The notes under the pieces were generated by a model that was not told the DNA's origin, made no database searches, and was given only the letters and a program-made list of their open reading frames with translations. From NCBI RefSeq assembly GCF_016432865.1, contig NC_067400.1, positions 166,160,001-166,224,000 on the forward strand: a DNA stretch of 64,000 nucleotides, written 5' to 3'. Both the position numbers and the translations under genes were made by a program. Source of the DNA: Antechinus flavipes (Eukaryota). Of the stretch, positions 36,366 to 50,424 are shown piece after piece. Position 1 is the first letter of the stretch, and each line of letters starts with the position of its first letter.

Positions 36366-37829
36366 TTTTTTTTAAAATATTTTATTTTATTTTATAATAA
36401 CTTTATATTGACAGAATCCATGCCAGGGTAATTTTTTTACAACATTATCCCTTGCACTCGCTTCTGTTCTGATTTTTCCCCTCCCTCCTTCCACTCCCTC
36501 CTCTAGATGGCAAGCAGTCCTATATATGTTAGATATGTTGCAGTATATCCTAGATACAATATATGTTTGCAGAACCGAGCAGTTCTCTTGTTGCACAGGG
36601 AGAATTGGATTCAGAAGGTAAAAACAACTTGGAAAGAAAAACAAAATGCAAATAGTTCACATTCGTTTCCCAGTGTTCTTTCTTTGGGTGTAGCTGCTTC
36701 TGTCCATCATTTATCAATTGAAACTGAGTCTTTGTCAAAGAATTCCACTTCTATCAGAATATATCCTCATACAATATCGTTGTCGAAGTGTAAAGTGATC
36801 TCCTGGTTCTGCTCATTTCACTTAGCATCAGTCCATGTAGGTCTCTCCAAGCCTCTCTGTATTCATCCTGCTGGTCATTTTTTACAGAACAATAATATTC
36901 CATAACATTCATATACCACAATTTACCCAGCTATTCTCCAATTGATGGGCATCCATTCAATTTCCAGTTTCTAGTCACTACAGACAGGGCTGCCACAAAC
37001 ATTTTGGCACATACAGGTCCCTTTCCCTTCTTTAGTATTTCTTTGGGATATAAGCCCAATAGAAACACTGCTGGATCAAAAGGTATGCACAATTTGATAA
37101 CTTTTTGGGCATAATTCCAGATTGCTCTCCAGAATGATTGGATTCGTTCACAGTTCCACCAACAATCCATCAGTTTCCCAATTTTCCCACATCCCCTCCA
37201 ACATTCATCATTATTTTTTCCTGTCATCTTAGCCAATCTGACAGGTGTGTAGTGGTATCTCAGAGGTCTTAATTTGCATTTCTCTGATCAATAATGATTT
37301 GGAACACTCTTTCATATGAGTGGTAATAGTTTCTATTTCATCATCTGAAAATTGTCTGTTCATATCCTTTGACCATTATCAATTGGAGAATGGCTTGATT
37401 TCTTGTAAATTTGAGTCAGTTCTCTATATATTTTGGAAATGAGGCCTTTATCAGAACCTTTAACTGTGAAGATGTTTTCCCAGTTTGTTGCTTCCCTTCT
37501 AATCTTGTTTGCATTAGTTTTGTTTGTACAAAGGCTTTTTAATTTGATATAATCAAAATTTTCTATTTTGTGATCGGTAATGGTCTCTAGTTCATCTTTG
37601 GTCACAAATTTCTTTCTCCTCCACAAGTTTGAGAGATAAACTATCCTATGTTCCTCTAATTTATTTATAATCTCATTCTTAATGCCTAGGACATGGACCC
37701 ATTTTGATCTTATCTTGGTATATGGTGTTAAGTGTGGGTCCATGCCTAATTTCTGCCATACTAATTTCCAGTTATCCCAGCAGTTTTTATGGAATAATGA
37801 ATTCTTATCCCAAAAGTTAGGATCTTTGG
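36366..37829 (-). mobile_element. Young 5'-truncated L1 with TSD
   Basis: ORF2 peptides MDPHLTPYTKIRSKWVH... and CWRGCGKIGKLMDCWW..., dasyurid-type 3'UTR and poly(A). gaaacccatc at 36356-36365 and 37830-37839. Confidence 0.92.
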
Positions 37830-38389
37830 GAAACCCATCTATTTTAAGTGTGTTAAGTTAACAAGGCTCTTAGGTCTTAGCAAGTGTTAGCAAGGCTCTT
37901 TTTACCACACCTTGCACTTAGCATAGTGTCAGGCCCATGGGTACTTATTTAATGATATTTATTGAATTGAATTGAATCTACCTAAGTGGTTCAATAACTA
38001 GAGGGCTGAGTCTGGAGTAAGGAAGCCCATTCAAATTTGACCTCAGATACTTACCAGTTGTGTAACTCTGGACTAGTCATTCAATTTTTGCTTGTCTCAA
38101 TTTCCTCAACTATAAAATGAGGATAAAAAATGTTATAGTATTATAGCATGTTATAGTATATTACAAAAACGAGTTGTTATGAGGAGCAAATGAGATAATA
38201 TTTGTTAAAGCAGTGTAGTACATGCACATAATAGATACTATGTAAATGCTTATTCCTTTCCTTCCCTCCTTCTCATCTATAAAATGGGGATAGTAATAGC
38301 ACCGAACTTCCAGGATTATTGTATAGATACAATGAGATATTTCTAAAGATTTTTGAAAACCTTAAATAATTGTATAAATTCTATTATTT

Positions 38390-39110
38390 ATTGCTTTTTA
38401 TTTTTTAATTGTATTTTATTCCCTTCCCACTTACATGTCAAAAAAAATTAGCATTCATTTTAAAAATATTTTGAGTTCCAAATTTTTCTCCCTCTTTTTT
38501 CCCTCCCCTCTTCCAAAAATGCTAGCCAATTTGATATAGTTCATGCATGTGCTATAGTGTAAAACATAGCTCCATATTAATCACAGTTGAGAAAGAAGAA
38601 AGATATCAAAAGGGGGAAAAAACCATAAGAAAGAATAAAGACTCAATGTGAGTTGAGTCTATCAGATAGCATTTTTCTTTGTCTTTGGCATTTGTCTGGG
38701 ATCTTATGTTGTTGATATGAGCTGAGTTGTTCATTGTTGATCATCACAAAATGTTGCTAATACTGTATACAATGTTTTCCTGCTTCTGCTCATTTCAACT
38801 TTAGATCAGTTTGCACAAGTCTTTCCAAGTTTTTCTGAAATATACTTCATAATGTCTTACTCAGGTACTCAGTATCTTGTCCTGCCATTCCACAATTGAA
38901 GGGCATTCCCTTTATTTCCAATAGTTTGCCACCACAAAAAGGGCTACTGTAAATATTTTTACACATGTAAAAATTTTCCCTTTTTTTATGACCTCTTTGG
39001 ATGACAGGCCAAGTAGTAGTATTCCTGGATCAAAGAGTATGTATGCAGTTTGGTTGTCTTTTGGACATAATTCCAAATGATTATCTAGAATGGTTGGATT
39101 AGTTCATAAC
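38390..39110 (-). mobile_element. Old L1 3' end
   Basis: T-rich head, cccacttacatgt...ttttgagttccaaatttttctcc..., ending in ORF2-terminal sequence (ttcctggatcaaagagtatg). Confidence 0.7.
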
Positions 39111-39927
39111 TTATATTATTATTATTAATGACTATTTGCTGAACTAAATTGAGTATTCCTATCATTCCTGTATTCCCATCACTTATGTAGACTACCTTAT
39201 TAGGCACTTATCTGTATGTTGCCTGGTAATTGTTGCCAAGTATTGCTTAAGCTATTTATGCTGTTTCCTTAACTAAATTACAAACTCCTTAAAGTTCCAT
39301 AGTGCCCACAGAGCAAAGCTGTGCTGGCAGTGAATGAAAAATAAATGCTGTCCACTGTTTGTCTCTGCTGAGATATTACTTCAATATTTCAGTGTATCCA
39401 TGGTCTCATCAGAGTGAAAACTCACCATTAAGGCTGATCCCCAACCTATTCAGCTTAGTGTAATACAGACAGTGCCAGACTTGGAGTTATAAAGATCTTA
39501 GTTCAAACCTTGCTTACCTCTATGAGGGGAAGTGGGGCTGGAGCCATTTAGCCTCTCCCAGCCATTTTTTTTTAATATGGAAAGATAATATTTATGAGGA
39601 TAATCAACAGTACATACTTCAAAGAGGCTTTATGAAGTTCAAATGAAGCAGAGCTAAACTCAAATCCCACTTTAGAAATTTGATGTTCAGCTTCCTCACC
39701 TGTCAAAAGGAAATAACAATAGCACCAATCTCACAGGATCATTGTGGGGATCAAATAAAATAGCATAAACTGATCACTTCACATAGCACATAAAAGTGCT
39801 ATAATGGTATAATTCACTTGTTCCAATCATGTCTAACTCTTTGTGATCCCTTTTGGTCTTTTCTTGACAAAGTTTCTGGAGTGGTTTGTCATTTCCTTTT
39901 CCTGATCATTTATAATTGGGGAATTGA

Positions 39928-40881
39928 AGGAGGTGAAGCCAAAATTTCAGAGTAAAGGCAGGAACTCCCCTAGCCTCTCCCTCAACCACTCCAAATTCCT
40001 TTAAATAATGACTCTAAATAAATTTTAGACTATCAGAAAACCCCAAAAGATGGAGTAAAACATTTTCCAGCCAAAGACAATTTAGGTCAGCAGGAAAGGT
40101 CTGTAGCACCAGGGTGGGAATCCAGCATACAGTACCAGTGCTGGCTATACCAGAGGCAGCCCTAGTCCAGCCCCGCTCAGGGATCATACCAGCAAAACAG
40201 GAATTGTCCTGGGGAACCTTTGAATCAGCAGCAGTACTGGTGGCTTCCAGATCTCTCAGGACAGAGACACTTAATGAGGACTTGGAAAGTTAGCAGAAAA
40301 AGTCTGTGGCAACAGGGTGGGAGTTCAATATGCAATCTCAGCATAAGCTGAGCCAGATCATCCAGGGCCCCAAGCACCAGCAAAGCAAGACCTCTGAATT
40401 ATCAGCAGCACTGATAATTCCTAGACTGCTCATACCAGAGACACCAAAGGTGATTTGGAAGGTCAGCAGAAAAGGTTTGTTAGTGGGGTGAGAAGGCCTT
40501 GGTGAAACCAGCAAACCAAGAGGCAGTGTGGGCAGTGTGGCAGTGGCAGCTTCTAAAAGCCTCAGCTCATAAGAGGTTTCATTGTTAGCACTGAGGGACT
40601 CTGTTGCTTTAGGACACTAGATCTTATAGCTACAGAGGGTTGGGAACATTCCTAACAGCTCCAGGGCAAAAAAGAATGCTTGTGGTCAGATCCCTAGATG
40701 GATCTCTGAAATAGCTGCATACGACTCTTGTAGCTTAGGACAGTGTACCCTCAACTAGGAAACAGAGCCCTACTTTAACAGAAAGTTAAAAGCCCATTAA
40801 TAGGCTATGAAAATGAATAGACAACAGAAAAAGTTTCTTACCATAGAAAGTTACTATGGTGATAAGAAAGATCAAAACACA
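39928..40881 (+). mobile_element. L1 5'UTR and first ORF1 codons only, inserted in a Mar1 SINE
   Basis: Starts aggaggtgaagccaaaat (L1 5'-end-like) and ends atgaatagacaacagaaaaagtttcttaccatagaaagttactatggtgataagaaagatcaaaacaca (ORF1 N-terminus). Mar1 halves lie at 39795-39927 and 40882-41025. Confidence 0.75.
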
Positions 40882-42489
40882 GGAGAATTGAGGCAAACAG
40901 AGTTAAGTGAGTTGCCCAGAGTCTCATAGCTAATAAGTGTCTGAGGCTGAATTTGAAGTCATGAAGATGAGTTTTCCTTATTCTAAGCCCAGTGCTCTAT
41001 CCACTATATATACCTAGCTGCCCAATGTGCTATATATATGCTAGCTATTATTATTGTAACAAGTCAAACAAATCTGGTAGGGCTAGCCAGCCATCTACAA
41101 TGCATAGAGTAAGTTAATTCACAATATCCTTGAATTCTGAGAGAACCTTTCATTTGATGCTTATATGGTTCAGCTGTCAAACATACTTGTATTTCACGTG
41201 TTCATTTCCAAAGTAAGGAACACCTTACATATATGCTAGGAATCTGTCTAGTAAGGCATAATTACTCTTCCTCTTTCTAAAAAGACAGTAATGGTTTGTT
41301 TCTCTCTCCCTTTCCCTAATCTTTCCTGTGTCAGTCCCTAGGGTAGGAAAGATAATATGTCATCTGGGAGAACATGCAATGGAAGATAGAAAGGAACAGA
41401 GAAGAAGAAAAAAAAATCAATAATAGCTATTTTAGGATACAACACAATTTCTAGTCTAAATATGTAAGAAATTCCTAGACAGATGTGTAACATACCCAGA
41501 GCTTTGAAAATACTTTAACAGTGATCAAAATACCTATCTCTTTTTTTTTTGCCATAGTATGCAAAAACATTTCATTTTAATAATATTAAAATTTGTTTCT
41601 TTAAAATAGAGAAATGAAAATGGAAAAGAGCAAGATGTCCTCTAAGTTTAAAAAAAAAAAAGATGATGAGACCTTGATACTTTCTACCTTGGGGTTTTGT
41701 CTTGAAAAATCTAAAGCACTATAAATCAGCTATTTATACTATAGTAAAAAAAAAAAAAAATAGAAGCCCACTAGAAGCATCTCCAGGATTCTTGGATTTC
41801 CTGCTCTTTTTGCATTTATATCAAATCTTCCTCCTTGGGAGATTAAAGGGCTTTATAGACATCATATTATCAAACCTTAGGGTACCTCTGCACACCCTTC
41901 CCCTGCCCCCATATTTTTAAAGGAGACTAAATTATGGTACAGAAAAATTCAATAATGTTCCCCAGGCTACGATGGAAGTAAATAAAGAAATAAGGAGTAC
42001 CATTTCTCACACCTAGGTTATATTTCTTCAGATCAGCCCAATTAAATGTCATATCCTTCATACATAGCTATTTGGGAAAGAGAAAAGGAGGGGAAGTGCA
42101 GAAAGGAGGGAGAAAAGATAAACTGAAAACAGAACAGGATATATAAGATGTCCAAAGAAATACTTAAGGTCTATTCCTTACTCATGTTATTTATCAAATA
42201 AACACTTCTCTTTCATCCAGAAATTCATAGCCTAAGGTGTATAGTTATTTTTTTTAATTATAGCTTTTTATTTACAAAACATATACATGGGTAATTTTTC
42301 AACATTGACCCTTGTGTTCTAATTTTTCCCCTCCTTTCTCCCACGCCCTCCCTTAGATGGCAGGTAGTCCAATACATGTTAAATATGTTAAAGTATATGT
42401 TAAATCCAATATATGTTTATATATTATACAATTATCTTGCTGCACAAGAAAAATCAGATCTAGAAAAAAAGAACCATTCATTTATTGAT

Positions 42490-43010
42490 TCCATGAGATC
42501 CCAACTGTCATCTCTAGTTAAATTTTTCTCAGTCTGTCAAACCCCAACCTCTCTCCTGACACCAGTCTTGCATCTCTAACTTCCTATTCAACCCTTCAAA
42601 CTGGATGCTCTGTAGACATCTTAAATTCAACATGTCCAAAACAGAACTCATTTTCTTTCCCTCTCTAAATGTACCTATTTCTTTTGAGGATCTTATTACT
42701 TAGTCTTCAAACTGTATCAGTGTCATCTTAGACTCCTCACTTTCTTTCACTGTTTCATGTTCAATCTGTTGATAAGACTTGTTGATTCTATATTTAATCT
42801 CTATTATACATTCTTTTCTCTCCTGGCACATTGCCACTACTTGATGAAGGCCATTATCACCTCATTTCTGAACTTTTATAATAGTTTTCAGCTTGGCCTC
42901 TTTGCCTCAGGTTATTTCTATTACAATTTGTCCTCCTTTAACTATCAAAGTTATCTTCTTAAAGTGCAGGTCTGACCAAGTCAATCCCTTCCTCAATAAA
43001 CTTCAATGGT
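42490..43010 (+). mobile_element. L2 relic
   Basis: gtagacatcttaaattcaacatgtccaaaacagaactc...aaagtgcaggtctgaccaagtc...aataaacttcaatgg. Confidence 0.65.
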
Positions 43011-43240
43011 TGTTATGGGACAGAACTCTGAACTTGAAACAAGGATGCTTACAAGGTACTAAGTGGAATTCAGGAGACAATGGTTATCTAGTTTAGCATG
43101 GTTCAGTATGATTGAATCCTACAACAAATAATGGTTTCCCAGTGATATAATGATTGGTTTATACTCAGTGTAGAGCATATAAGCTAGGAAACTCAGCTAG
43201 GTTGATTCGGAGAGATTCAGAGGGCAGAGAAGACAGGTGA
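43011..43240 (+). mobile_element. LTR 5' part (family D), truncated by the assembly gap
   Basis: tgttatgggacagaactctgaacttgaaacaagg..., TATA-like gcatataag. It interrupts the L2 and runs into Ns. Confidence 0.7.
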
Positions 43241-43386
43241 NNNNNNNNNNNNNNNNNNNNNNNNNNNNNNNNNNNNNNNNNNNNNNNNNNNNNNNNNNNN
43301 NNNNNNNNNNNNNNNNNNNNNNNNNNNNNNNNNNNNNNNNNNNNNNNNNNNNNNNNNNNNNNNNNNNNNNNNNNNNNNNNNNNNNN
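43241..43386. other. Assembly gap (146 N)
   Basis: Run of n characters. Confidence 1.
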
Positions 43387-46300
43387 ACTGACTTCATATT
43401 TGAAAGGTAGTAGAGACAAGTGAACTCTCTCTCAAAATTTCTGCAAAAAGACAAAACCCAAACTAGCTACTCTAATTGCTACTCCAATTCTTCCAGAATA
43501 TAGGATTTGCAGTGCATCACCATGGCATGGAGGTGACACTAGTTTCTTGAGGCAAACAGTATAAGCTAAGTGATAAGTCCAATTATTGTAGATCCTAGAC
43601 AAACAACAACTTTGATGTCTAGCAACCATCCTTGGTCAGTGCAGGGAAGGTCATCACGAGTAGTCTTGCTAAAAGAGATGATAATTTAGTTTAGTGAATA
43701 TAGACAAATTATAAAATTTGTAAGTAAAAAATAAGTAATTTGTCTATTTATTCTATCTAAACCTCAGTTTACTCATTTATAAAATGAAGTAGCTGAATTC
43801 AATTCTAGTCTAAATTTATTATACAATGAAATTCTCTGACCATGGCAGCAAATTCAATCATAATACTTGAGTTTTTAATTCTCTTTTCTTTTTTGTCTTC
43901 AAACTTCCTTTTGTACAGCTATATGTTAACCTCAACCAACATTTTTGAAATGACATATTGATGAACCCAATCCATTTTATTTGAGAAGGTCTATCAAAAT
44001 TCACAAAGATTTATTTTTCTAAAGAATTAGAAAGATTATAGATTATAATTCATTATGTATTTTCTTAATAAGTAGATGGGTATTTTTTGGATCTAAGTTG
44101 TAAATGAATATATTCTGTTCTCCTTTACTAAAGATATAGGAATTAATTATTGTTCTTCTGTAGTAATTGGAAAAAAGAGATATGCTATTTCATTATGGAC
44201 TCAAGGCTTTACTTAGAATAGGATCACTGGGACAGCCAGTCTTAGTAGTCTGCATTTTTATAGAACCTATGAGAAATACAGGTGTCCACTCATTTCCAGG
44301 CAGCCTTCTTATATCTATATGATAGCCTGGTTTCCCTCCAACAGAGGGTCATTTCATATTAAATTAACGCTTCATCTTAAGGGAAAATAAATATGGAGAT
44401 ATGTCCAGTTGAAGTACACAAGGAGAAGGCTTCAATTAAGATAATTGATATGCCTTAGCCCTGGAGCCCCATAATACTGCCACTCTAGGCTGGCTTGGGA
44501 GAGCATCACTTCCACTGGGCTGCAGGTTGTAAGTATCCATTACAGATGTCTAAAGTAAATTAGACAGAATGACTTCAGAGGAAATAATATGCCACTGATG
44601 GCACCTAACAAGAATAGTCATATGCATTATTATTTTTGAGAATTGCTTTAGGTCAGTCTGAGAATCATTCCAACCTCCAGAAAAGAACATTTTATGTCTG
44701 CACTCATGATGACATTCCATACTTACATAACATTATTGCTGCTAGAAAAAATTGCTTTAAAATGCCTTATATAGTGTTCAAAATTTATTCACAAAATTAT
44801 CAGGAGAACATTGCAAAACTCAGCACTTTTGGTGAAAGAAAAGGAAAGACTGAGCTAGCAACACATCTACTTTCTTTTTAATTTGAAAGTATGGTAAAAC
44901 CAAAGGTTTTGCAATGTATGAAAGAATACAAACATGTTGAAGTATGAGTGTGAGAACTATGATTCTGTAACTACACAATGATGTTGACTGCTCCAAGTTC
45001 TGGGCTCTTTATTTTATTTAGAAGCTAAAACAATAGATAAAATTTGTTCATATTTGACTATCATCTTAGTTCCCTCAGGTTAGTTTCTGAATATGCACAG
45101 GAGCAGGAGATATTAGCTATATGGCCAGTAGCTATAGACTTCTCATTAGAGCAGATTTCCAGAGAGAGAAGTAAAGCTTTGAATTTCCTTGGAGCACTTC
45201 CAAAGTATCAAAAGTGTGTCTTATCCCTCAAGCTACTAGAAAATGTATGACTGATTGACTTCTGGGGAATTTGTTTTGTTTGGGAAAAATAAATGGGAAC
45301 TAAAGCAAAATTTGCATCTCAGGTTTCTATCCTGGAATGATATCTTTAAAATAAAATGACCAGAGACAACTTCTTTTATAACCAGAAAGTCTTTCTCTAG
45401 GGGAGCAGAATAATTTGCAATAGAGTAAGTGAATAAACACTATTCATGGAACAAAACTCTGGATAGAATGTTACAAAGTATATAGAAATTTTCAGCAGAT
45501 ACCAAGATGAAGGATGGAGACTTTCATTTTCCTGGGAGTTCCTGGAGAGCTGAGATTGTCTTGATTTCCTTAATCCTACTACTTGGCATAGTTCCTGGCA
45601 TATAATAAATGCTTAATAAATGTTTATTGATTGAGTTGGACATATTGGAGATTTTGGAGCCCAACCATCCAGGAGAAAAAGTGCAGATCTTTCAATCAAT
45701 CTAAATTATGCCTCGTTAAGTTTTTCTATGTTTTAGACCCTCTTCTTTTTTCCCATATTTGAACTCAAGTCTTTCTTACTCCAGGCCTGGTGCTCTATCC
45801 ATTGTACCAATCAATCTGAATTTAAAAAAAAATACAGACACCTTTTTCCTCTTTTCGTTACTAAATCGGCAGACAAATTAAATTTTTCCTATATGGGTCA
45901 CTGAAAGCTACAAATTTTAATGAATTTCTTGAGGTTGAGCCAAACAGATGATATAAATTGGATCTATCCTCAGATAAAGAGCGGAGAATGGAGGCATTGC
46001 TACTGTTTTGGATCTCTTGGCATTTAAGAGAATAGTGGATGGTATTCATATTCTTACAGTATTACTACCCTGGCATATCTCCTTCATTTTGTTTATTCCA
46101 ACCTTAAAGCCAGAGCTATGTGGCTTGATGGATGAGCTGGGAGCAATGGCAAAGACAATGGCAGTGAAAACAAATTTCCATGCCAACTGCTGGTCCAGAC
46201 TTTAGGGAATAATAGTTCAAAGCCATACTCCAATCATCCTTGTGTATGGGCAGCATAGGGGATCCATATAAAAGGATCTATATCTATGACGAAGAGCTTT

Positions 46301-48863
46301 TACATTACTAGAATTATTGCTGAAATCTCTTCCTTTTTAAAGTACACACACAAGCTGGACAGACTTAATGGTTTAAGCAAAACTGTCTCACTGTCCTAGA
46401 TTTCTTTTATTACCAGATATTTTAATTTATGACAACAACCAAAACAACAAGAAAACAGTAACAACAATGGTTTTACTCAGACTGTCCAAATGGCTACATT
46501 TTAAACTCTTGTTATAGCTAGTGTGAAACAAATTCATGTTGTCTCTCAGAGCGACTGGTCCAAAGCTGAGCAGAAGATACACATAGAACAATAAGCTCTA
46601 GAGGCTGCCTATGAAAGGCAGATATAAAAACCCTTTCTTGAAACTTTCACCGTTGTATTGCTTCCTGGTAAACATGCTTCTCCAAGAACTGGAAATTGAG
46701 ATTAGCCTTGGTTGGGCCAATATTTAAAAATACAGGATCTGAGATTTAAGTCTGAAAGTAAATTTAGAGATTGTCAAATCCAATCCTCTCATTTCACAAA
46801 TGAAAAGCAAAACAAAAAACTGAAACCAATGACTATCCCAAAGTTACACAACTAGTAAGTATCTGAGACCAGACAAACTCAAGTATTCTTGACCCCATAT
46901 ATGATCCCAGACTTTATTAGCTTCCTAACTTCCTCACTATGGGTGATAGCTAAGTGTGGGCTCTTGAGTAGTGGAGGTCCCAACCCCAATGCAGCATAAA
47001 ATACTGGTGAACACCCCTATCTACCCACTCTCCATAATGATGAGACATGGGAAAGAGACTCAGGAAATAACCACATGGAAGCTATAGCCATGGAAGCCAC
47101 CTTATGGCATCAGTCAATCTCTCCCCTGCCTTTACTCCAATTATTGTTATCATATGCTCTTTCACTTTCAAGCACAGGCTAGTTCAATCAAAGATATCCC
47201 AATAGCCTTCCAATCATCTAGCTCTGTTAAATTCCCTGGCAGAAGAGTTAGGGCATTAGGCTACCACTTGATTCAGCTGTTCATGATCATGGAGTTGGCA
47301 GGATAGAGAACATCCCAGAAGCTCTCCTCTTTGGAGGTACAAGGCCTGTTCAGCTGTCCTTTCTGACCTTGTTTCTTGACATGCCCCATTATCACCTTTA
47401 TATTAATATTAGCTGGACTATAGTATCATTAATCTATCACTATTTGATAATTCACTTTAGGAATTCTATAATGGAAAACCGGCAGAATGACTAAGGAGAT
47501 AATTATAACTGGAGCATTGATGACCAATAAACTTTCTCTATTTGATGATTTTTCTGAATATATGCTGTGTTATGTATGTATTTCTGAAACATACATAGAA
47601 TCACGGCTTTTTAGGGCAGAATATTATTAGTCACTAACTAATCCACACTTTAATTTAACAAAAGAAAATGAAATCATATTGGTTTGCTTAAGTTCTTAGA
47701 GCAAGGTAAAAAAAAAGAATCTGAGACAGGATAATAATTAAAAATCTAGCCCACATATAGAATATTGGAATGATTGGGGAATAATATAGAAGTTAGCCAT
47801 CAGTAGAGTTCCTAATTTCTCATAATCTATTTCTGATGTAGATAGATAATAATCAGATAGTCTGCTATTGCTTCAGGATTTGATGATTTTTTGGATTTCA
47901 TAATAATTGTACCTCCCTCAGTTTCCTCTAAAATTACTCAGGCTTCTTGATAAAAAAACCTCTTTGACTTATCAGTGATGTGGAAAAACCAGATAAACAA
48001 GCACTCTTCCTGAGCATCATATTTAATTGAATCAAGGATTCTTTCCTGTTTGCATTTTTAAAAAATCAATAATAATCACATGTGTATTATATTTCAAATG
48101 TAGACTGCAGCTGATCTTGTATAAATAAAACTCTTGACTTGTCTTTTAACTGGGCAGGCCAAATATTAAGAGTAAACAAAGTCTTTATTTTAAAATAACA
48201 ACAACAGGAGCAAAAAAAAAAAAGTCAGTTTCATTTTAAAACCCTTTTTTCTTTCTCTCTCCACTTAACATCCTCCTCCCTCCCCCTCCAAAAAAAAATC
48301 AATTCTTAATCATGGTAGTGAAAATCCTCTTAGAGATCTTTAGGTGAGCTAGAGTTTATTCAGTCCATTTCCCACTTCCTTCTCCATCCTCCTCTACCTC
48401 CACTTTATGCCTTTTTCTCCACCACCCTGAAATTTTCAAGCAGTTTGCTCGACCAACTGGTGCCAGTGTAGCAGTTCAGCACTGTGCTCCTGAGACTGAA
48501 ATGCAAACAGGCAGATGGAAAATGAAGGAGGTGTTTTTCAACCACTATGTCTATTTGTCTATCCAAAAGCGCAGGATAATTCTGCACATTGTATTTTGTC
48601 TTCCTGACATTTAGACTTAGGGATAATAGTTGTGACTGAACAGAGGATTGACATTAACTCTAGAGGAAGAGGAAGCTGGGATTTGGAAAACAATTGTTTC
48701 ATAATGTTTGCAATAAATATTTGCAAACCTGTGATGTACTATGATGTTATCTTCCTCCCTTCCCTCCGCCCCTCCCTCCACCCCGCCCCGGACTCCTAAC
48801 CTTCTTTTCAAGCTGTAGTAGGTATACTCTGTTCTGGGGAATTGTGTTGGAGGCACAGGATGT

Positions 48864-48961
48864 CTTACCATGCTGTCTGCCCTTGTAACCTGATATTTTC
48901 GTCATTGTCATGTGCTCAGTAACCATCGGTGTCATGAGAGGCCAGGGGTTACTATAGCAAC
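48864..48961 (-). promoter_or_regulatory. Candidate RFX X-box promoter and first exon ending ATG|gtaag
   Basis: GTTACTATAGCAAC at 48948-48961; minus-strand gacagcATG|gtaag (ATG at 48871-48869); GC boxes at 48764-48789. Repeat-free block with retained CpGs. Confidence 0.4.
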
Positions 48962-49752
48962 ACTAACCATGCTATCATAATAAAAGAGGCTTGTGAACTA
49001 GGGGATGCTGTCATTTCTGACCCCAATACCTTTCAGGTTTTAAAAGTTGCCCCCAATCTGTTACATGGTGTACAATATCTGAAACTTTTCAAAAAAAAAA
49101 AAAAAAAAGAGAGAGAGAGAGAAAGATACCTTAGAGATTTGGGTTGTTAGACTTAAAGATCTACTGAATAAGTCATATCTTCTTGTGGAACCTTCACAAT
49201 TCAATTCATCAATCACCCAGCCAGTCAACAAGTATTTGTTTTTTATTCTGTTTTGGTCACTATATTTAGTGCAAGGGATTTGAGAACCCATTATTTAAGC
49301 TTACATCCTAATGGGGAAAATAACACTTAAGTAATTATGTACTTATATGATGTATATAGTATAAATAGAATGCAATCTCAGAGAGAAGGCATGGAGATCA
49401 GGAATTGTTATGTAAGGAAATGACCAGATAAGACCTCTGTCAAATGATAGACTTGAAAGAGATCATGGAAACCAGAAAAAAGATGATTTCAGGCCTGGAA
49501 TAAGAAAAAGCCTTCCAGACAGGAGGAACAATAAGGGAACAGGAAAACTTAACTTTTCCTATAATTTTCTTTAAAGTATGGGATCACTGAGTAGGAATTT
49601 ATATAGAACACCTTTCTATTCCTGATTGAATTGCCCTTTTGTGTGATGTTCAATGGGAGTACTCTACCATTTACAATCCAAGTCACGATCAAAACTTCTC
49701 AGAACTTTTGTATTCTTCATCTGTGAAAAAGAAATGGGAAATATTAACTACT

Positions 49753-49800
49753 CTGCCCTGCCCTGCCCTGCCCTGCCCTCCCTTGCCTTGCCCTGCTCTG
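49753..49800. repeat. (CCCTG)n pentanucleotide repeat, G-quadruplex-compatible on the minus strand
   Basis: ctgccctgccctgccctgccctgccc..., inside a MIR relic. Confidence 0.85.
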
Positions 49801-50424
49801 CCATATGGGCTGTCGTTAGGCTCTTGTAAGATAATAGATATGGAAAAAAAGCTTTGTAACAACAGCAAAGTTCTATGCAAAAAAGTGTTATTTAAAAAAA
49901 AAAAGTTCTGAGTAAATGATGATTAATTAGCCAGTCAATTTGATAAGTGAAGATAATAAATTGGGAGAAATCTGGGCAACAACAACAAGAACAGAAACAA
50001 GAACAACAACCAAAAAAAACCTTTTCCATCAATAGAAAGGAGGGAGGTAGGGATGGGATATGCTTAATTATACACAGCTTAAATGCTTTATTTAGAGGCT
50101 TTATCATCTTGTTATACCAAAGTATCCCTATTTTTTTCCAAATTTATAATTTTTTCCAGGTATATGTTCTTCTCATCTCATTTTTCTTCCCTTTTCATAT
50201 CTTTACCATTATTTGTAAGCAACTAAGTGGTGTAGTGGATAGAACTGGAGTTAGCAAGATTTATTTTCCTGAGTTCTAACTCTTGCCCCAGACACTAAAC
50301 TTGTATGATCTTGGGTAAGTCACTTAATCCTGTTTGCCTTGGTTAAGAGATAAGTGATTTGCACAGAGTCACACAGCTTAGTTCAAGCCCAAGTTTGAAC
50401 CAAGGCTTTCCTGACTTCTGACCT

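Noticed and set aside
46960-47420. GC-richer unique-looking block, possibly an ancient LTR
   Set aside because: No termini, TSD or coding motif I can support.
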